Assembly (NCBI RefSeq): GCF_009914755.1
Contig: NC_060934.1
Length of the DNA: 64,000 nucleotides
Direction: 5' to 3' (one strand)
From: the human T2T-CHM13v2.0 reference genome, Homo sapiens
In this document: positions 1 through 15,627 of the stretch, in pieces
How positions within the stretch are numbered: position 1 is the first letter of the stretch
Layout of the letters: each line of letters opens with the position of its first letter
Made by a program: the position numbers and the translations under genes
Notes under the pieces: model-generated
Database searches by the model: none
What the model was told of the DNA's origin: nothing
What the model saw: only the letters and a program-made list of their open reading frames with translations

Positions 1-806
<806 letters not shown>

Positions 807-3800
807 TCAGCTTTTGATTCCAAAATGGTAATGTAGAAACAAGCTTGCTTCACTCTCCCCAACAGAAAACCAAAAACAAATATACAGCTCTGAGATCATA
901 ACCAGAAATATCCCAGAGCCAAAATATCAACATGAGAGAGTTTCTGGGGCCACAGCGAAGTTAAAAAAATAAAAATAAATAAACTTTAAGCAGATGGTAA
1001 TATACTCAGACTTCCACATCTGCAGTACCCCTCCTTCCATTCTTCCCAGCACAAAACAGAAAGATATCCCCCTCAAAAAAGTGAAATTGAGGTGGACAAC
1101 CAGTTTCTCCAACATTTTGGTTTCCCTGTCAGGAGACCTCTCCTTGCCTTAACCTATGGGAAGCATCATGAGCACCTGAAGGGAGAAATATTCCCGAGAA
1201 CAGGCAGAGACAAAGAGGGGAGTTAAGACTGCCATTTACAGCCCTGGAAACTATGCTGTTTCACTCAGCCAAAGGAGGCACCAAAACAGAGCAGCTTTTC
1301 TGCATTGCCACATTGTAGGGGATTCATCCTACAAGTCCCCTGGGCACAAACCTCTAGACAGCCTTCCCAAATTACCAGTGCATCCCCTTTGGGACCTCCC
1401 CTATTTGGAAAGGACAGTGCTATAATCGTTTACTGGAGCCAAAGTGAACCTGGGCTTAAGGTACCACCTAGAGCCAAAAAGGAGGCTGTGACCTAGCAGT
1501 AAAGAAACTTCAAGCAAACATATCCAATAAAAACCAAAACAAGCCAGACAGAGGAGAAATACATAACCGATCTTCCAATGCAAAGACATAGATGTAGGTC
1601 CACAAGAAACAACAGCAAACAGAAACATGAACTCTCCAAATAGACAAAGCAAAGAAACCAGTAACTGACCCTAATGAGATGGTGATATGTGAGCTATCTG
1701 ATGAATTCAAAATAGCAGTTTTAAGGAAATTCAGTGATCTCCAAGATGACACAGAAAGGCAATTCAGAAATTTATCAGAGGATTTTAACAAAGATATTGA
1801 AATAATTTTTTAAAAACAGAAATCTTGGAACTGAGAAATACATTTGTCATACTGAAAAATTCATTAGAGGCTTTCAACAGCAGAATAGATCAAGTCGAGG
1901 AAACACTCGGTGAACTTGAATACAGGCTATTTGAAAACACACAGACAAAGGAGAAAAAAGAATGAAAAGCAATGATTGCCTACAAGATACAGAAAACTAC
2001 CTCAAAAGGCCAAATCTAAGAATTATTGGTGATGAAGGGGAAGTTGAACAATAGCAAAGGTTAGAAAGCTTATTCAAAGAAATAATAACAGAAACTTTCC
2101 AAACTTGAGAAAGACATAAATATTCAGATACAGGAAGCTCAGGGAATACAGAACAGGTTTGACCCAGATAAAACTACCCCAAGGCACATAATAATCAAAC
2201 TCTCAAATGTCAAGGACAACAGAAAATTCTAAAAGCAGCAAAAGAAAAGCAAATAACATATAAAGGAGCTCCAGTTTGTCTGGCAACAGACTTCTCAGTG
2301 AAAACCATACAGGCCAAGAGGGAGTGAAACGACATTTTCAAAGTGCTAAAAGAAAAAAAAACTGCTATCCAAGAGTACCGTATTCAGCAAAGTTATTCTT
2401 CAAATATGAAAAAGAGAGGGAAAAAAAGAGTTTTTGTTTGGGATGATGAAAAAGTTCTAAAAATAAATAATAACATTTTTGCAACATTGTTCATGCATAT
2501 GATGCCACTGAAGTGAATAGTTAATAATTGTTAAAATTAGAATTTTATATTATGAATATTATACCACAAAAAAACTAACAAAATAAAAAACAAATGAAGG
2601 AGAGATAAAGACCTTTCTAGACAAACGAAAGCTGAGAAAATTCACTACCACCAGACCTGTCTCTTAAAAAATGCTAAAGGGAGTTTTTCAATCTGAAAAA
2701 AAAGTTAACATGCAGAAACAACAACATTCGAAGGTATAAAACCCGCTGGTAAAATTAAATACATGGACAAACCCAGAATACTCTAATACTGTAATTGTGG
2801 TGTGCAATCTACTCATAACTGTAGTACGAAGCCCCAAAGACAAATCTATATAAAAAAGCTACTGCAACCTGTTAAGAGATAGGTAATATAAAAATGTGTA
2901 AATGAGATAACTAAAAGTCAAATGTGGAAGGGATGGAGTTAAAGCATAGTTTTTTTCATTTTTTTGTTTCTATTCTTTATGATCCAAGATAAGTTATGAT
3001 CTCTTTAAAATAACTTTTTATATCTATATTTCTTGTAAGCCTCATGGTAACCACAATGCAAAAACCTGTAATAGATTCACTAAAAATAAAAAGCAACAAA
3101 TTAAAACATACTACCAGAGAAAATCTCTTAACCACAAAGGAAGACAGTAAGAAAAGAAGCAAGGAGTTACAAAACAATCAGAAAATAAGCAACGAAATGA
3201 CAATAGTAAGTCCTTGCTTATCAATAATAACACTGAATATAAATGGTCTCAATTCTCCAATTAAAAGGCATAGAACAGCAGAGTAGATTTTTTTTTAAAA
3301 AAGACCTAAATATGTACTGCCTACAAGAACCCACTTCACCTATAAAGACATATATAGACAGAATGGGAAGGGGTAAAAAAAGATGCTCCATGCAACTGGA
3401 AACCAAAAGAAGACCAGGAGGAGGTATACTTAGATAAAATAGACTACAAATCAAAGACTGTAAAAAGGGACAAAGAAGGTCACTATATAATTATAAAGGG
3501 GTCAATCCAGCAAGAGGATATAACAATTACAAATATATATGCAACCCAACGCTGGAGCTCCCAAGTATATAAAGCAAACATTAATAGATCTCAAGGGAGA
3601 GACAGACTGAAATACAATAGTAACAAGGGACTTTAATACTTCACTCTCAGTAATGAATGGATCTTCCAGACAGAAAACTAACAAAGAAATAGCAGAGTTA
3701 AACTACACACAAGACCTAATAGGTCTAACTGACATTCACAGAATATGTTACCTACCTGCTGTGGAATACACATTCTTTTCATTAGCACACAGAACATTCT

Positions 3801-6800
3801 TAAGAATAGACCATATCTTAGGCCATAAAACAAGTCTGAACAAATGCAAAAAAGTAGAAATCATATCAAGTATCTTTTCTGACCACAATGGAATAAAACC
3901 AGAAATCAACAATAAGAGGAAACTCATTCAGGAGCATGTTGTTTAATTTCTATGTGTTTGTATAGTTTCTGAATTAAATTATGGCCAATGGATCAATGAA
4001 GAAATTAAGAAGGAAATTTAAACACTTCTTGAAACAAATGAAAATGGAAATACAACATGCCAAAATCTATGGGATATGGAAAAAGCAGTACTAAAGGGAA
4101 AGCTTATAACAACAAACATTTATATTTTAAAAAGTAGACGTCCAATAAATAACTTAATGATGCGGCTCAAGGAACCAGAAAAGCAAGAATAAACCAAACC
4201 CAAGATTAGTAGCAGGAAAGAAATAATAAATATCAGAACAGAAATAAATGACATTGAGACTAAAAACAGTACAGAAGATCAATGAAACAAAAAGTTGGGT
4301 TTTTTTGAAAAGACAAACAAAATCAATAAACCTTTGGCTAGACTAAAAAAAAAAGAGAGAGAGAAGACCAGATTAAATGACATTAGAAACAAAAAAAGAG
4401 ACATAACCACTAGGACCACAGAAATACAATGAATCATTATGTAACATTATGAACAACTATACACCAAGAAATTGGAAAACCTAGAAGAAATGGTTAAAAT
4501 CCTGAACACATACAACCTACCAAGATTAAACCATGAAAATAATAGAAAACTCAGTAAACCAATAATGTGTAACAAGACTGAAGCTGTAATAAAATGTCTC
4601 CCATAAAAGAAAAGCCCAGGACTTGATGGTTTTACTGCTGAATTCTACCAAACATTTAGAAAAGAACTAATACCAATTTTACTCAAACTCTTCCAAAAAA
4701 ATTGAAGATAAGGAAATACTTCTAAACTTATTCTACAAAGCCACCATTACCCTGATACTAAAACCAGACAAGGATACAACAAAAAAAAAAAAACTACAGG
4801 CCAATATCACTGATGAACATAGGTGCAAAAATTCTCAACAAAATAGTAGCAAACTGAATTTGACAACACATTAAAAAGATCATTCATTATGATCAAGTGG
4901 GATTCATCCCAGGGATGGAAGGATGGTTCAACATATGCAAATCCATAAACGGGATACATCACATTAACAGAAGCAAAAACTAAAACCATATGATTATTTA
5001 AATAGATGCCAAAAAAAGCATTCAATGAAATTCACCATCCCTTTATGATAAAAGTCCTCATCAAATTAGCTATAGAAAAAACATACCTCAAAATAATAAA
5101 GACCATATATGACAAACCCACGGCCAACATCATACTGAACAGGGAAAAATTGAAGGCCTTTACTCTAAGATTTGGAACAAGACAATATAATACTGGAAGT
5201 CCCGGCCAGAGCAGTTAGGTAAGTGAAAGAAATAAAGGGCATCCAAATTGGAAAGAAAGAAGCCGAATTACCCCTGTTTACAGATGGTATAATCTTGTTC
5301 TTAGAAAAATCTAAAGAATCCACAAAGAGACTATTAGAACTCATAAATGAATTAGGTAAAGTTGCATGATAGAAAATTAACATATAAAAATTAGTAGCAT
5401 TTATATAGACCAACAGCAAACAATCTGAAAAAAAATAAACAAGAAAGCAATGCCATTTACAACAGCTACTAAGAATATAAAGTAATTAGGACTCAATTTA
5501 ACCAAAGTGAAAGACCTATATAAGAAAAACTATAAGATACTGATGAAAGAAATGGAAGAGAATACAAAACGAATGGAAAGATATTTTATGCCTATGAATT
5601 GGAAGAATTAATATTGTCTAAATGACGATGCTGCCCAAAGCAATTTATAGATTCAATGCAATCCCTATCAAGATACCAATGACATTCTTCACAGAAATAT
5701 TTAAAACACCTAAAATTTATATGGAATCCCAAAAACACCTCGAATAGTCAAAGCAATCCTGAGCAAAAAGAACAAAATTGGGGGCATCACACTCTTTGAC
5801 TTCAAAATTTACTACAAAGATGGGGGCATCACACTATCTGACTTCAAAATTTACTACAACCAAATCAGCATGGTACTGGCATAAAAGCAAACACACAGAC
5901 CAATGGAACACAATAAAAAACCAAGATACAAATCCACACATTTACAGCCAACACAATTTCAACAAAGATGCCAAGAACATGTAATGGGGAAAGGACATTC
6001 TCTTCAATAATTGGTGCAGGGAAAACTAGATATCCACATGTAGAAGAAAGCAAGTAGACCCCTATTCTCACCACACACAAAAATCATATTGAAATGGATT
6101 AAAGACTTACATCTAAGAAATTATGAAACTACTAGAAGTAAACATTGGGGAACCACTCCAGGACATTGGTCTGGGCAAAGATTTTTTTGTGTAAGACCTC
6201 AAAAGCACAGGCAAGCAAAGGAAAAATAGACAAATGGGATTACATCAAGCTAAAAGGTTTCTGCTCAGCAAAGGAAACAATCAACAAAATGAAGACACAA
6301 CCCACAGAATGAGAGAAAGTATTTGCAAACTACCCATCTGACAAGGAATTAACAACCAGAAGACATAAGGAGCTCAAACAACTCAATACCAAACAAACAA
6401 ACAAACAAACAAAAACAAAAGGCAAACCCACAAGTAATCAGATATTAAAATGGCAAAAGATCTGAGTAAATATTTTTCAAAAGAAGACATACAAATGGCA
6501 AACAAGTATATGAAAAATGCTCAATATAATTAATCATCAGAGAAATGCAAATCAAAACCAGAATGAGATATCATCTCACCTCAGTTAAAATGGCTTTTAT
6601 CAAAAATACAGGCAATAACAGATGCTGGCAAGGATGTGGAGAAAAGGGAACTCTCATACACTGTTTGGTGGGAATGTGAATTAGTATAGCTACTATGGCA
6701 AACAGTAGGGAAGTTCTTCAGAACACTAAAAATAGAACTTCCACATGATCCAGCAATTCCACTACTGGGTAGATATCCAAAATAAAGGAAATTAATATAT

Positions 6801-7410
6801 ATAAGGAATATCTGCACTCCCATGTTTATTGTAGCACTGTTTACAATAGCCAGAATATGGAATCAACCTAAGTGCCCATCAATGAATGAATGGATAAAGA
6901 AAATGTGGTATATATACTGCACTGGAATATTATTCAACCATAAAAAAGAATGAAATCCTGTCATTTGCAGCAACATGGATAGAACTGGAAGACATTATGT
7001 TAAGTGAAATAAGCCAATCATAGGATGACAAATATCACATGTTCTCACTCAAATGTGGGAACTAAAAAAAGTAGATCTCATGAAGATAGGAAGTAGATTG
7101 GTGGATACTAGAGGCCAGGAAGGGTAAGAGTCAGGGGGATGAAGAAAAGTGGAAAAATGGGTACAAACATATGGTTTGATAGAAGAAATAGTGTTAGATA
7201 TATCAGTAGGGAGCCATAGTTTAGAATGACATCTTGAACATTTAAAAATAGATGAATTCAAACAGCTCTAGTATAACAAAAAAAGACAAATATTTAATGT
7301 ATTGGATATCGCAAGTACACCAATGTGATCTTTACAAAATAAATCAATGTATTAAATTATCACATACACCCTAGAACTATGTGCATCTATTATGCATCAA
7401 TATAAAAAAA
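807..7410 (+). mobile_element. Near full-length decayed LINE-1 (L1MA-class)
   Basis: 5' UTR, ORF1 remnants (~1620-2700), ORF2 start MTIVSPCLSIITLNINGLNSPIKRHR at 3197, EN motif RIDHILGHK, RT region with the QGCPLSP motif deleted near 5185, L1MA-type 3' UTR ending tatgcatcaatataaaaaaa; many stops and frameshifts. Confidence 0.93.
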
Positions 7411-8260
<850 letters not shown>

Positions 8261-9257
8261 GCTCATCACACTATAATACCTGCCCCCTCCTGGACTCTTA
8301 TGACTTTGTGGCTCTGCCAATAATTATTTAAACCCTTTTCAAGTTTTGGCCCTATTCTACCTTGATAATTCCCTTCGTTCTGATGATTGTACTCTAGGAA
8401 CAATAGCTCCCACCCAAATCACTGTCTGGAGTATAACTTCCAATTCAGAATTCCATTCCAGAAGATAAAGGGTCCTAGGACTTATTGTGGCCAGAGTTGT
8501 GGAAACTATCACAACTGTCACTATTTGGGGAGGTTTTACTTACCGTGAAATCACACTACAAGAACTTACCATCTCCTTTTAAATAATCTTAGAAAAAACT
8601 GGCACAAGTCTATCAGCACTAGAAAAGTCTTTATACTCACTAGCAGAAATGGTTTTTGATAATAGATGAGTTCTTGATTACCTCCACCTGAACAAGGAGG
8701 AGTCTGTGCTGTCATCAACAAAATCTGTTGTCTGGAGAAGTGGAAACTAATGTCCCAGTAAATTTTCAAACAAGCCAAATGGTTATACACACTTTCCCAA
8801 AGTAACCAAGACTGGGCTTCTCCCATTCCTTGGACCTTTTTTCCTTGTCATTTTTCTTTTAATATTTGCTCCCTGCATTTTTAATGCTCTCATTAAGTTT
8901 GTATCTTCCAGAATACAACGATTCCACCTACAGATGACTATGCAGTCTCAATACTGGCCTGCAACAGCAACTTCCATTTATACGGGGCCTCTTGATAGAA
9001 TCCAGTCCCCACCCCTCGTGACTGAGTTTTTCATGACCCTTCATTTCCTTTATGACACAGAGCAAAAAAGAGAAAAACGCAACTTATCCCCTCAAAGCCC
9101 CCTTTCAGGAGGAAGTAGCCAGACAGACTCATCACCCCTCTTCACTGGACCATTTTCCCTTTCTTGAGACCCCAGTAGGCAGCAGGTAGACATGAACATG
9201 GGGGAATATAAATATAAAGGGTCAAAGATATGACCAAGATATTTGTCAGGGAGCAAA
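8261..9257 (+). mobile_element. ERV1-class internal remnant: decayed env TM region
   Basis: LEKSLYSLAEMVFDNR*VLDYL (immunosuppressive-domain-like), EQGGVCAVINKICC (CX6CC), IFKQAKWL; frameshifted. Confidence 0.8.
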
Positions 9258-9744
9258 TGAGGAGAGGAAAATCACCTGGTGACCATCGAGCAGTCTCCAG
9301 AGACAAAAACTCCTTATCTGAGGAATTTAGAAGTAATTAAACTTCCCTAGTATCTAAAGTCAGCATCTAGATCTCTTTCAAAAATGTCATAACTAGAATT
9401 TCTATACACCTCCAGAATGCATGCATGTCAAAACTCATTGTGCAACCCTTGCTGACAGTAAGGCACCAAAATGTCTACAGATGTAATCATGTATCATGAC
9501 CTACCTGGCTAATATGGTCAAAATTACCCTTAAGCTCCCGCCTTAAGGTCCATAAATGCTCCTAAGGAAAATCCACCACTGTGTGCTCAGTCCTCTCTCA
9601 CTGAGGTGCCCCGCTGCACCCTTTTGCAGCATTCTTTCTTTCTAAAACTTTCCTTTTTCAAATCTATACTGTTTTTGGTAAATTCTTCTTACCAACCCAC
9701 ACACTGACCACTTCCCAATACAGGGGCTCTGACACTGCCTGGCA
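9258..9744 (+). mobile_element. ERV1 3' LTR (MER84/MER83-like)
   Basis: TG...CA termini after a purine-rich tract, directly 3' of env; contains gagacaaaaactccttatctgaggaatttagaag. Confidence 0.65.
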
Positions 9745-9790
9745 AATGTGTTCAAACAACAAGGAAAGCAAAGGAAGTAGACTGAACATG

Positions 9791-10030
9791 TGTATTAGTC
9801 TGCTCAGGTCGCCATAACGAAATATCACAGACTGGGTGGCATAAACAACAGAAATATATTTTCTCACTGTTCTGGAGACTGGAAGTCCAGGATCAACGTG
9901 TTGGCAGGGTTGGTTTTTCCTGAGGTCTCTTGCAGACAGTCACTCTCTGTCTGTGTCCCCACATGGCCTTTCCCCTCTGTGCATGTGCACCTCTGGTGTC
10001 TCTTCCATTTTTCTTTTCTTTTCTTTCTTC

Positions 10031-10061
<31 letters not shown>

Positions 10062-10499
10062 CAAGGTCTGGCTCTGTTGCCCAGGCTGCAGTGCAGAGGC
10101 ACATCTTGGCTCACTGCAATCTCCGCCACCCCCAGGCTCAAGCCATCCACCCACCTCAGCCTCCCAAGTAGCTGGACTACAGGTGCACACCACCATGCCA
10201 GGCTAATTTTTGTATTTTTTATAGAGATGGGGTTTCACTATGTTGCCCAACTGGCCTCGAACTCATGAGCTCAAGCCATCTGCTTGCCTTGGCATCCCAA
10301 AGTGCTGGGATTACAGGTGTGAGCCACCTCGCCGGGCCCCCTTTTTCCTAAGGACAGAAATCCTACTGCATTAGGGCTCCACCCTTTTTTACCTCATTTG
10401 ACCTTAATTACTTTCTAAAGGCGCTATCGCCAAATATAGTCACATTGGAGGTTAAGGCTTCAACATGAATTTTGGGGGGATAAAATTCAGTCCTTGACA
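9791..10499 (-). mobile_element. MaLR LTR (MLT1A-like), interrupted by an Alu
   Basis: tgtattagtctgctcagg...ttctggagactggaagtccaggatcaa...aattcagtccttgaca signature. Confidence 0.85.
10007..10338 (-). mobile_element. Alu (J-like) inside MLT1
   Basis: Alu dimer with long poly-T. Confidence 0.93.
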
Positions 10500-10776
10500 A
10501 CATTTATTTAGCATTTTCTTTGTACTAAGAGATTTCAAATACAGAACCATCTTTAATGCTCACTCCAACCTGAGGAGATGGGGACCATTTTACAGACATG
10601 GTTAGGGAGATTAAGTAACCTGCTAAAGATCACCACTACCCAGGTGGCAAGTGGCAAGACTGTCGTCTGACTCTGGGGAGACTATATGATAGCCAGAGCT
10701 AAAAGTAGGTCATTCGTGGAGTGGTTGGGAAGGTTTCATAACCTCTACAACTTCCTCATATTTACTGTTTGTCATA

Positions 10777-11511
10777 CAGTAGTTCCCTGTTATCTGCAGT
10801 TTCACTTTTTGAAGTTTCAGTTACCCTCGGTGAACTGAGGTCCAAAAATATTAAATGGAAAGTTCTAAAAAATAAATAATTTGTAAGTTTTAAATTAAGC
10901 ACCATTCTGAGTAGCATGATGAAATCTTGCACCCTCCCACTCCACCCTCGGATGTGAATAATCCTTTTATCCAGTGTATCCACAATGTATACGCTACCAA
11001 TCCGTTAGTCACTTAGTAGCCGTCTCAGTTATCAGATCAAAAAGAGTATGCTGCCCTGGTCCCAGCTACTCAGGAGGCTGAGGCTGGAGGATCCCTTGAG
11101 CCTAGGAGTTTGAGGCTGCAATCAGCTACCATCATGCCTGTGAATAGCTACTGCACTCCAGCCTGGGCAACATAGCAAGACCCTGTCTCAAAAACAAACG
11201 AACAAAAAATCAAAACTTAGTATAATATATACATAAACTGTAGTGTTGAAACTCTCCTTTGTCAGGTCTTGTCTTTTTACTCATATTCTTATTTTTTAAA
11301 TATACTTGCTGCCATTAATTTGGAGTTTTCTATTTTAATTTATTTTAGACTGATTTACTGTCATGGAATTATTCTTCAACTTACTATTTTTTTTATGTAA
11401 TTATAATGTCTGCAGTAATTTTGCAATATTATATCATCAATACCCATATAAGCACAATTAAATAGGGTTCAGTATTATCCATGGTTTCAGGCATCCACCG
11501 GGGTCTTGAAC
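10777..11511 (+). mobile_element. MER44/Tigger7 MITE, split
   Basis: ta|cagtagttccctgttatctgcagtttc start; body to ~11045; terminal part atagggttcagtattatccatggtttcaggcatccac at 11462-11511. Confidence 0.8.
11054..11212 (+). mobile_element. FAM-like fossil Alu monomer
   Basis: Monomer retaining the 7SL-derived segment gcctgtgaatagctactgcactccagcctg; A-rich tail. Confidence 0.75.
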
Positions 11512-12579
11512 TACTATAGCCCTCTGACCCTTAAAATAAAATGGTCCTGTGGGATTGACTTCCAGGGCAGTAACATCTGGAAAAGCCATGGAGACCAAGT
11601 CCCAGGTACAGCGAGTGTTGTAAGAATGAGGATTTCAAGGACTGAGGAGAGTGGTGGAAACCAACCACCAAGCTACCCTAAACGCCTGGCAGCTGCAAGA
11701 TGGAAGAAAAGAGGATGCAGGCAGCTGGCTCGTGACTGGGATTCATGAGAGAAAAGCCATACAGGTCCTGGTAGGCTGGGAGGGGCCACACTCATCCCCT
11801 CACTCCCTTCCTCATGCCCTCCCTCACTGCCTTATTCAATAGTTATTGAGCTCCTCCTGTGGCCAGCACTACCAGGTACTGGAGGATTTAGCACCCCTAT
11901 CAAGGATTCCTTTCTTTATTCTCCCTAAAGGCCCCTTTCTGGGAACAACAACGTCTCCCTCTACTGCCCCTGCAAAAAACAAAATAAAATTGCCCTTAAG
12001 AAATGATCAATTAACTTTCACATTTTCTTGGGTTCAAATAATAGCTCTGCCTTTGGTGAAGTTTATGACCTATTTCTTTCTCCTCTTTACCCTCAGTTTC
12101 CTTATCGGGAAAAATGGACATATCAACAATATCAACCTCAGAGAAATGAACAACACAGTGTAATATACATCGAAAGATTCTTAGCACAATGTTCAGCACC
12201 TAACCAAGGCCCAGTAAGGCAAGATACCTTTTACTTCTTGTACTTTTTTTCTTCTTTATTATTATTCTCCTTGTTCCCTGTTTTCTTCCTAAAAACTATG
12301 CCTCAAAACCCTTGGTCCTCTTTGTGAGAATTCAGAGGCAAAGGAGGGAGGAGGTTTCCCAGATCTCACTGAGGGAAGAGGCTGAGGTGGGAAGCTGCCC
12401 ACCACCGTGGTCACCTGACATGCACAGGGAAGTCAGGGCCCTGGGAGGCTTTCTGGAGAGATCAAGGCAGAGTCGGGGCCCTTTAGGTTTAGTTCAAACC
12501 GTAGTCAGGATTCTGTGCTGTTGTTGCTGCTCCGCCAGCCTGCACATCACCCTCACCGCACTTGTTTTCTCTTGTTTAA

Positions 12580-12968
<389 letters not shown>

Positions 12969-13645
12969 TGAATGCCCAGTGCCACAAGCACCACGCATGG
13001 AGAACACGCTTAAACGTTTGTTGAATAAACAAACTGGGACAACTATGCTGAGTAAGAAATAAAATTCATTTGCTCGTAGTAAAAAAAAAAAAAAAACAAA
13101 TCCAGTGTTTACTTAGCTCTAATCTGAGCAACATAATTATAGTCAAAGGTTGGATGATAGACTCACCACTTAAGCAAAGCCTGTGTCCATCATTACGCAC
13201 TTTCATGTTGGCCCATGAGAGTAGCAAAAGAAAATGCTGGATGCTGTTTTCTTGCAGAGCTTTAACCATCAGCTCCTAGTGCTGACACTGTCATTTGAGA
13301 CAGCCCTCTGAAATCCAGCTCCACTTCAGGAAATGGCCAAAAGGATGCCAGCTCTGGGCTGTGTTTCTTCAGTGTTCTGGGATTTACCCTCACACTAAAG
13401 TGGAAGTGCCTATTACACAGGCCTGGGGTTGAGCGGGTGTAGTTTCGGTCAGGAAGCCATTCTAGTCTGTTCTCCTCACTCCTCAGGCCTGGTGTCCCCT
13501 CTCATTCCCTGCCTCGCCCCAGTTATTCTGACAGCCTCAGGAGGGCGCTCTTATATAAGGGGCACCGTGGGTAGTAGGATACATACTGGAATAGTAACAG
13601 CTTTCTATGGGCTAACTACTTTCTTACATTATCTCGTGTCCTTTT

Positions 13646-13975
13646 TAAATTTTATTTTATTTTAAGTTCTGGGGTAAATGTGCAGGAGGTGCAGGTTTGC
13701 TCCATAGGTAAATGTGTGCCATGGTGGTTTGCTGCACCTATCAATCCATCACCTAGGTATTAAGCCCAGCATGCATTAGCTATTTATCCTGATGCTCTCC
13801 CTCCCCCCGCCTGCCCTCCACAGGCCCCAGTGTGCGTTGTTCCCCTCCCTGTGTCCATGTTCTCATGGTTCAGCTCCCACTTATAAGTGAGAACATGCAG
13901 TATTTGGTTTTCTGTTCCTGTGTTAGTTTGCTGAAGATAATGGCTTCCAGCTCCATCCATGTCCCTGCAAAGGGC
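13646..13975 (-). mobile_element. 5'-truncated L1PA 3' end
   Basis: L1PA 3' UTR motifs; TSD atctc(g/a)tgt(c/t)ctttt at 13631 and 13976. Confidence 0.9.
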
Positions 13976-14268
13976 ATCTCATGTTCTTTTCACAGTGATC
14001 CTGTAAGAGAAACACTAGTATTATTTCCATGCTATATATGAGGAAACTGAGGCTGAGAGACAATGAAAACTTGCCCAAGGTCACTCAGCTGCTAAAAAGC
14101 AAAGCCAAGACTTGAGTTGTAATCTTCACATTAGGCTGCATCCTAGTGTTTTGGTGTGACCCAAAGACTCCTCCAGGTATCCCCAGAGAGCCTCCAGAGC
14201 CAGAGCATGGTCAGCCTCAGTCATTTCCTTGTTCTAAACATCATATAAGCAAACAATACCATGCAGAC

Positions 14269-14568
14269 TTTTTTTTTTTTTTTTTTTTTGACAGAGTCTC
14301 TCTCTGTCACCCAGTCTGGAGTGCAGTAATGCAATCTCGACTCACTGCAGCCTCTGCCTCCCGGTTTCAAGTGATTCTCCTGCCTCGGCCTCCTGAGTAG
14401 CTGGGATAACAGGCGCCTGCCACCACACCTGGCTAATTTTTGTATTTTCAGTAGAGACGGGGTTTTGTCATGTTGGCCAGGCTGGTCTCGAACTCCTGAC
14501 CTCAGGTGATCCGCTCACCTCAGCCTCTCAAAGTGCTGGATTACAAGTGTGAGCCACCGCGCCTGGCC
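14269..14568 (-). mobile_element. Alu (S-like)
   Basis: Full dimer with poly-T. Confidence 0.95.
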
Positions 14569-15338
14569 CCATGCAAATACTTCACACAATATGTGCTTCA
14601 CATAGACAAGAATTCAAGAACTGTCTATAAGTTTATATACATCAAAAATAAGTCACATGAAAAATATTTTTGGAAACAGACAGAAGTCAGTTTGAAGCCA
14701 AAATATATTGTCTTGGACGAGTCTAACCTCTGTAAGCTTCAGTGGGGATAATGCCTTGCTCACACGGCAGGTGAAATGATCAACAGAGACAATGTATGGG
14801 AAGCACCTGGCCTGCAGGGGGCCCAGCAAGCATGGGTTCCTTTGTCTTCTTTGCTGCACTGCTGGGAGCAATAGGGGCAGTGTTGAATGTGAGCCAGCAG
14901 TAGGCTGGTGCAGAAGCCTTGTGCTTCTCTGCTGTTAACACCCATTTCTGCCCTGGACCCTCAGGGCACTAATCCTATGGTCATAACCAGTTTCCTCATT
15001 GCTTTGCTATTTTCTGCGGTCACATTCCCAGCTTCTTGGGTCATCATTCCTACAGAAACCAATGGGTGTAACACAGGCCATAAGTCACGGGCAGCAATGG
15101 AAAGCTCTGAGTTCTTCCAGAACGACAGTATAAAGCCAAACAAAACAAAACAGATCCCTTCTAAAGGGATAAGACAAAAGCAAAAAGGCTGAAATCCAAC
15201 ATCATGAAGTTCAAGTTTCCAAAGCATGAACAGATTAGTTGCATGATTTTCCTCTTAACTTCAGAATCTTAAACCAAAAAACTAAAACAAAACAAAAGCA
15301 GTTAATAGCTTCCTCGAAAGAATGAAGAAGTATCTTTA

Positions 15339-15627
<289 letters not shown>

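Noticed and set aside
3197-7003. Functional L1 ORF2
   Set aside because: Multiple stops and frameshifts, an inversion and an RT-motif deletion.
9864-10268. ORFs of 85-112 aa, and similar ones at 12553, 39620, 40698, 53635 and 60826
   Set aside because: Translations of Alu sequence.
12192-12212. REST/RE1 site (TTCAGCACC)
   Set aside because: Left half only, no GGACAG half, and it lies in a MIR.
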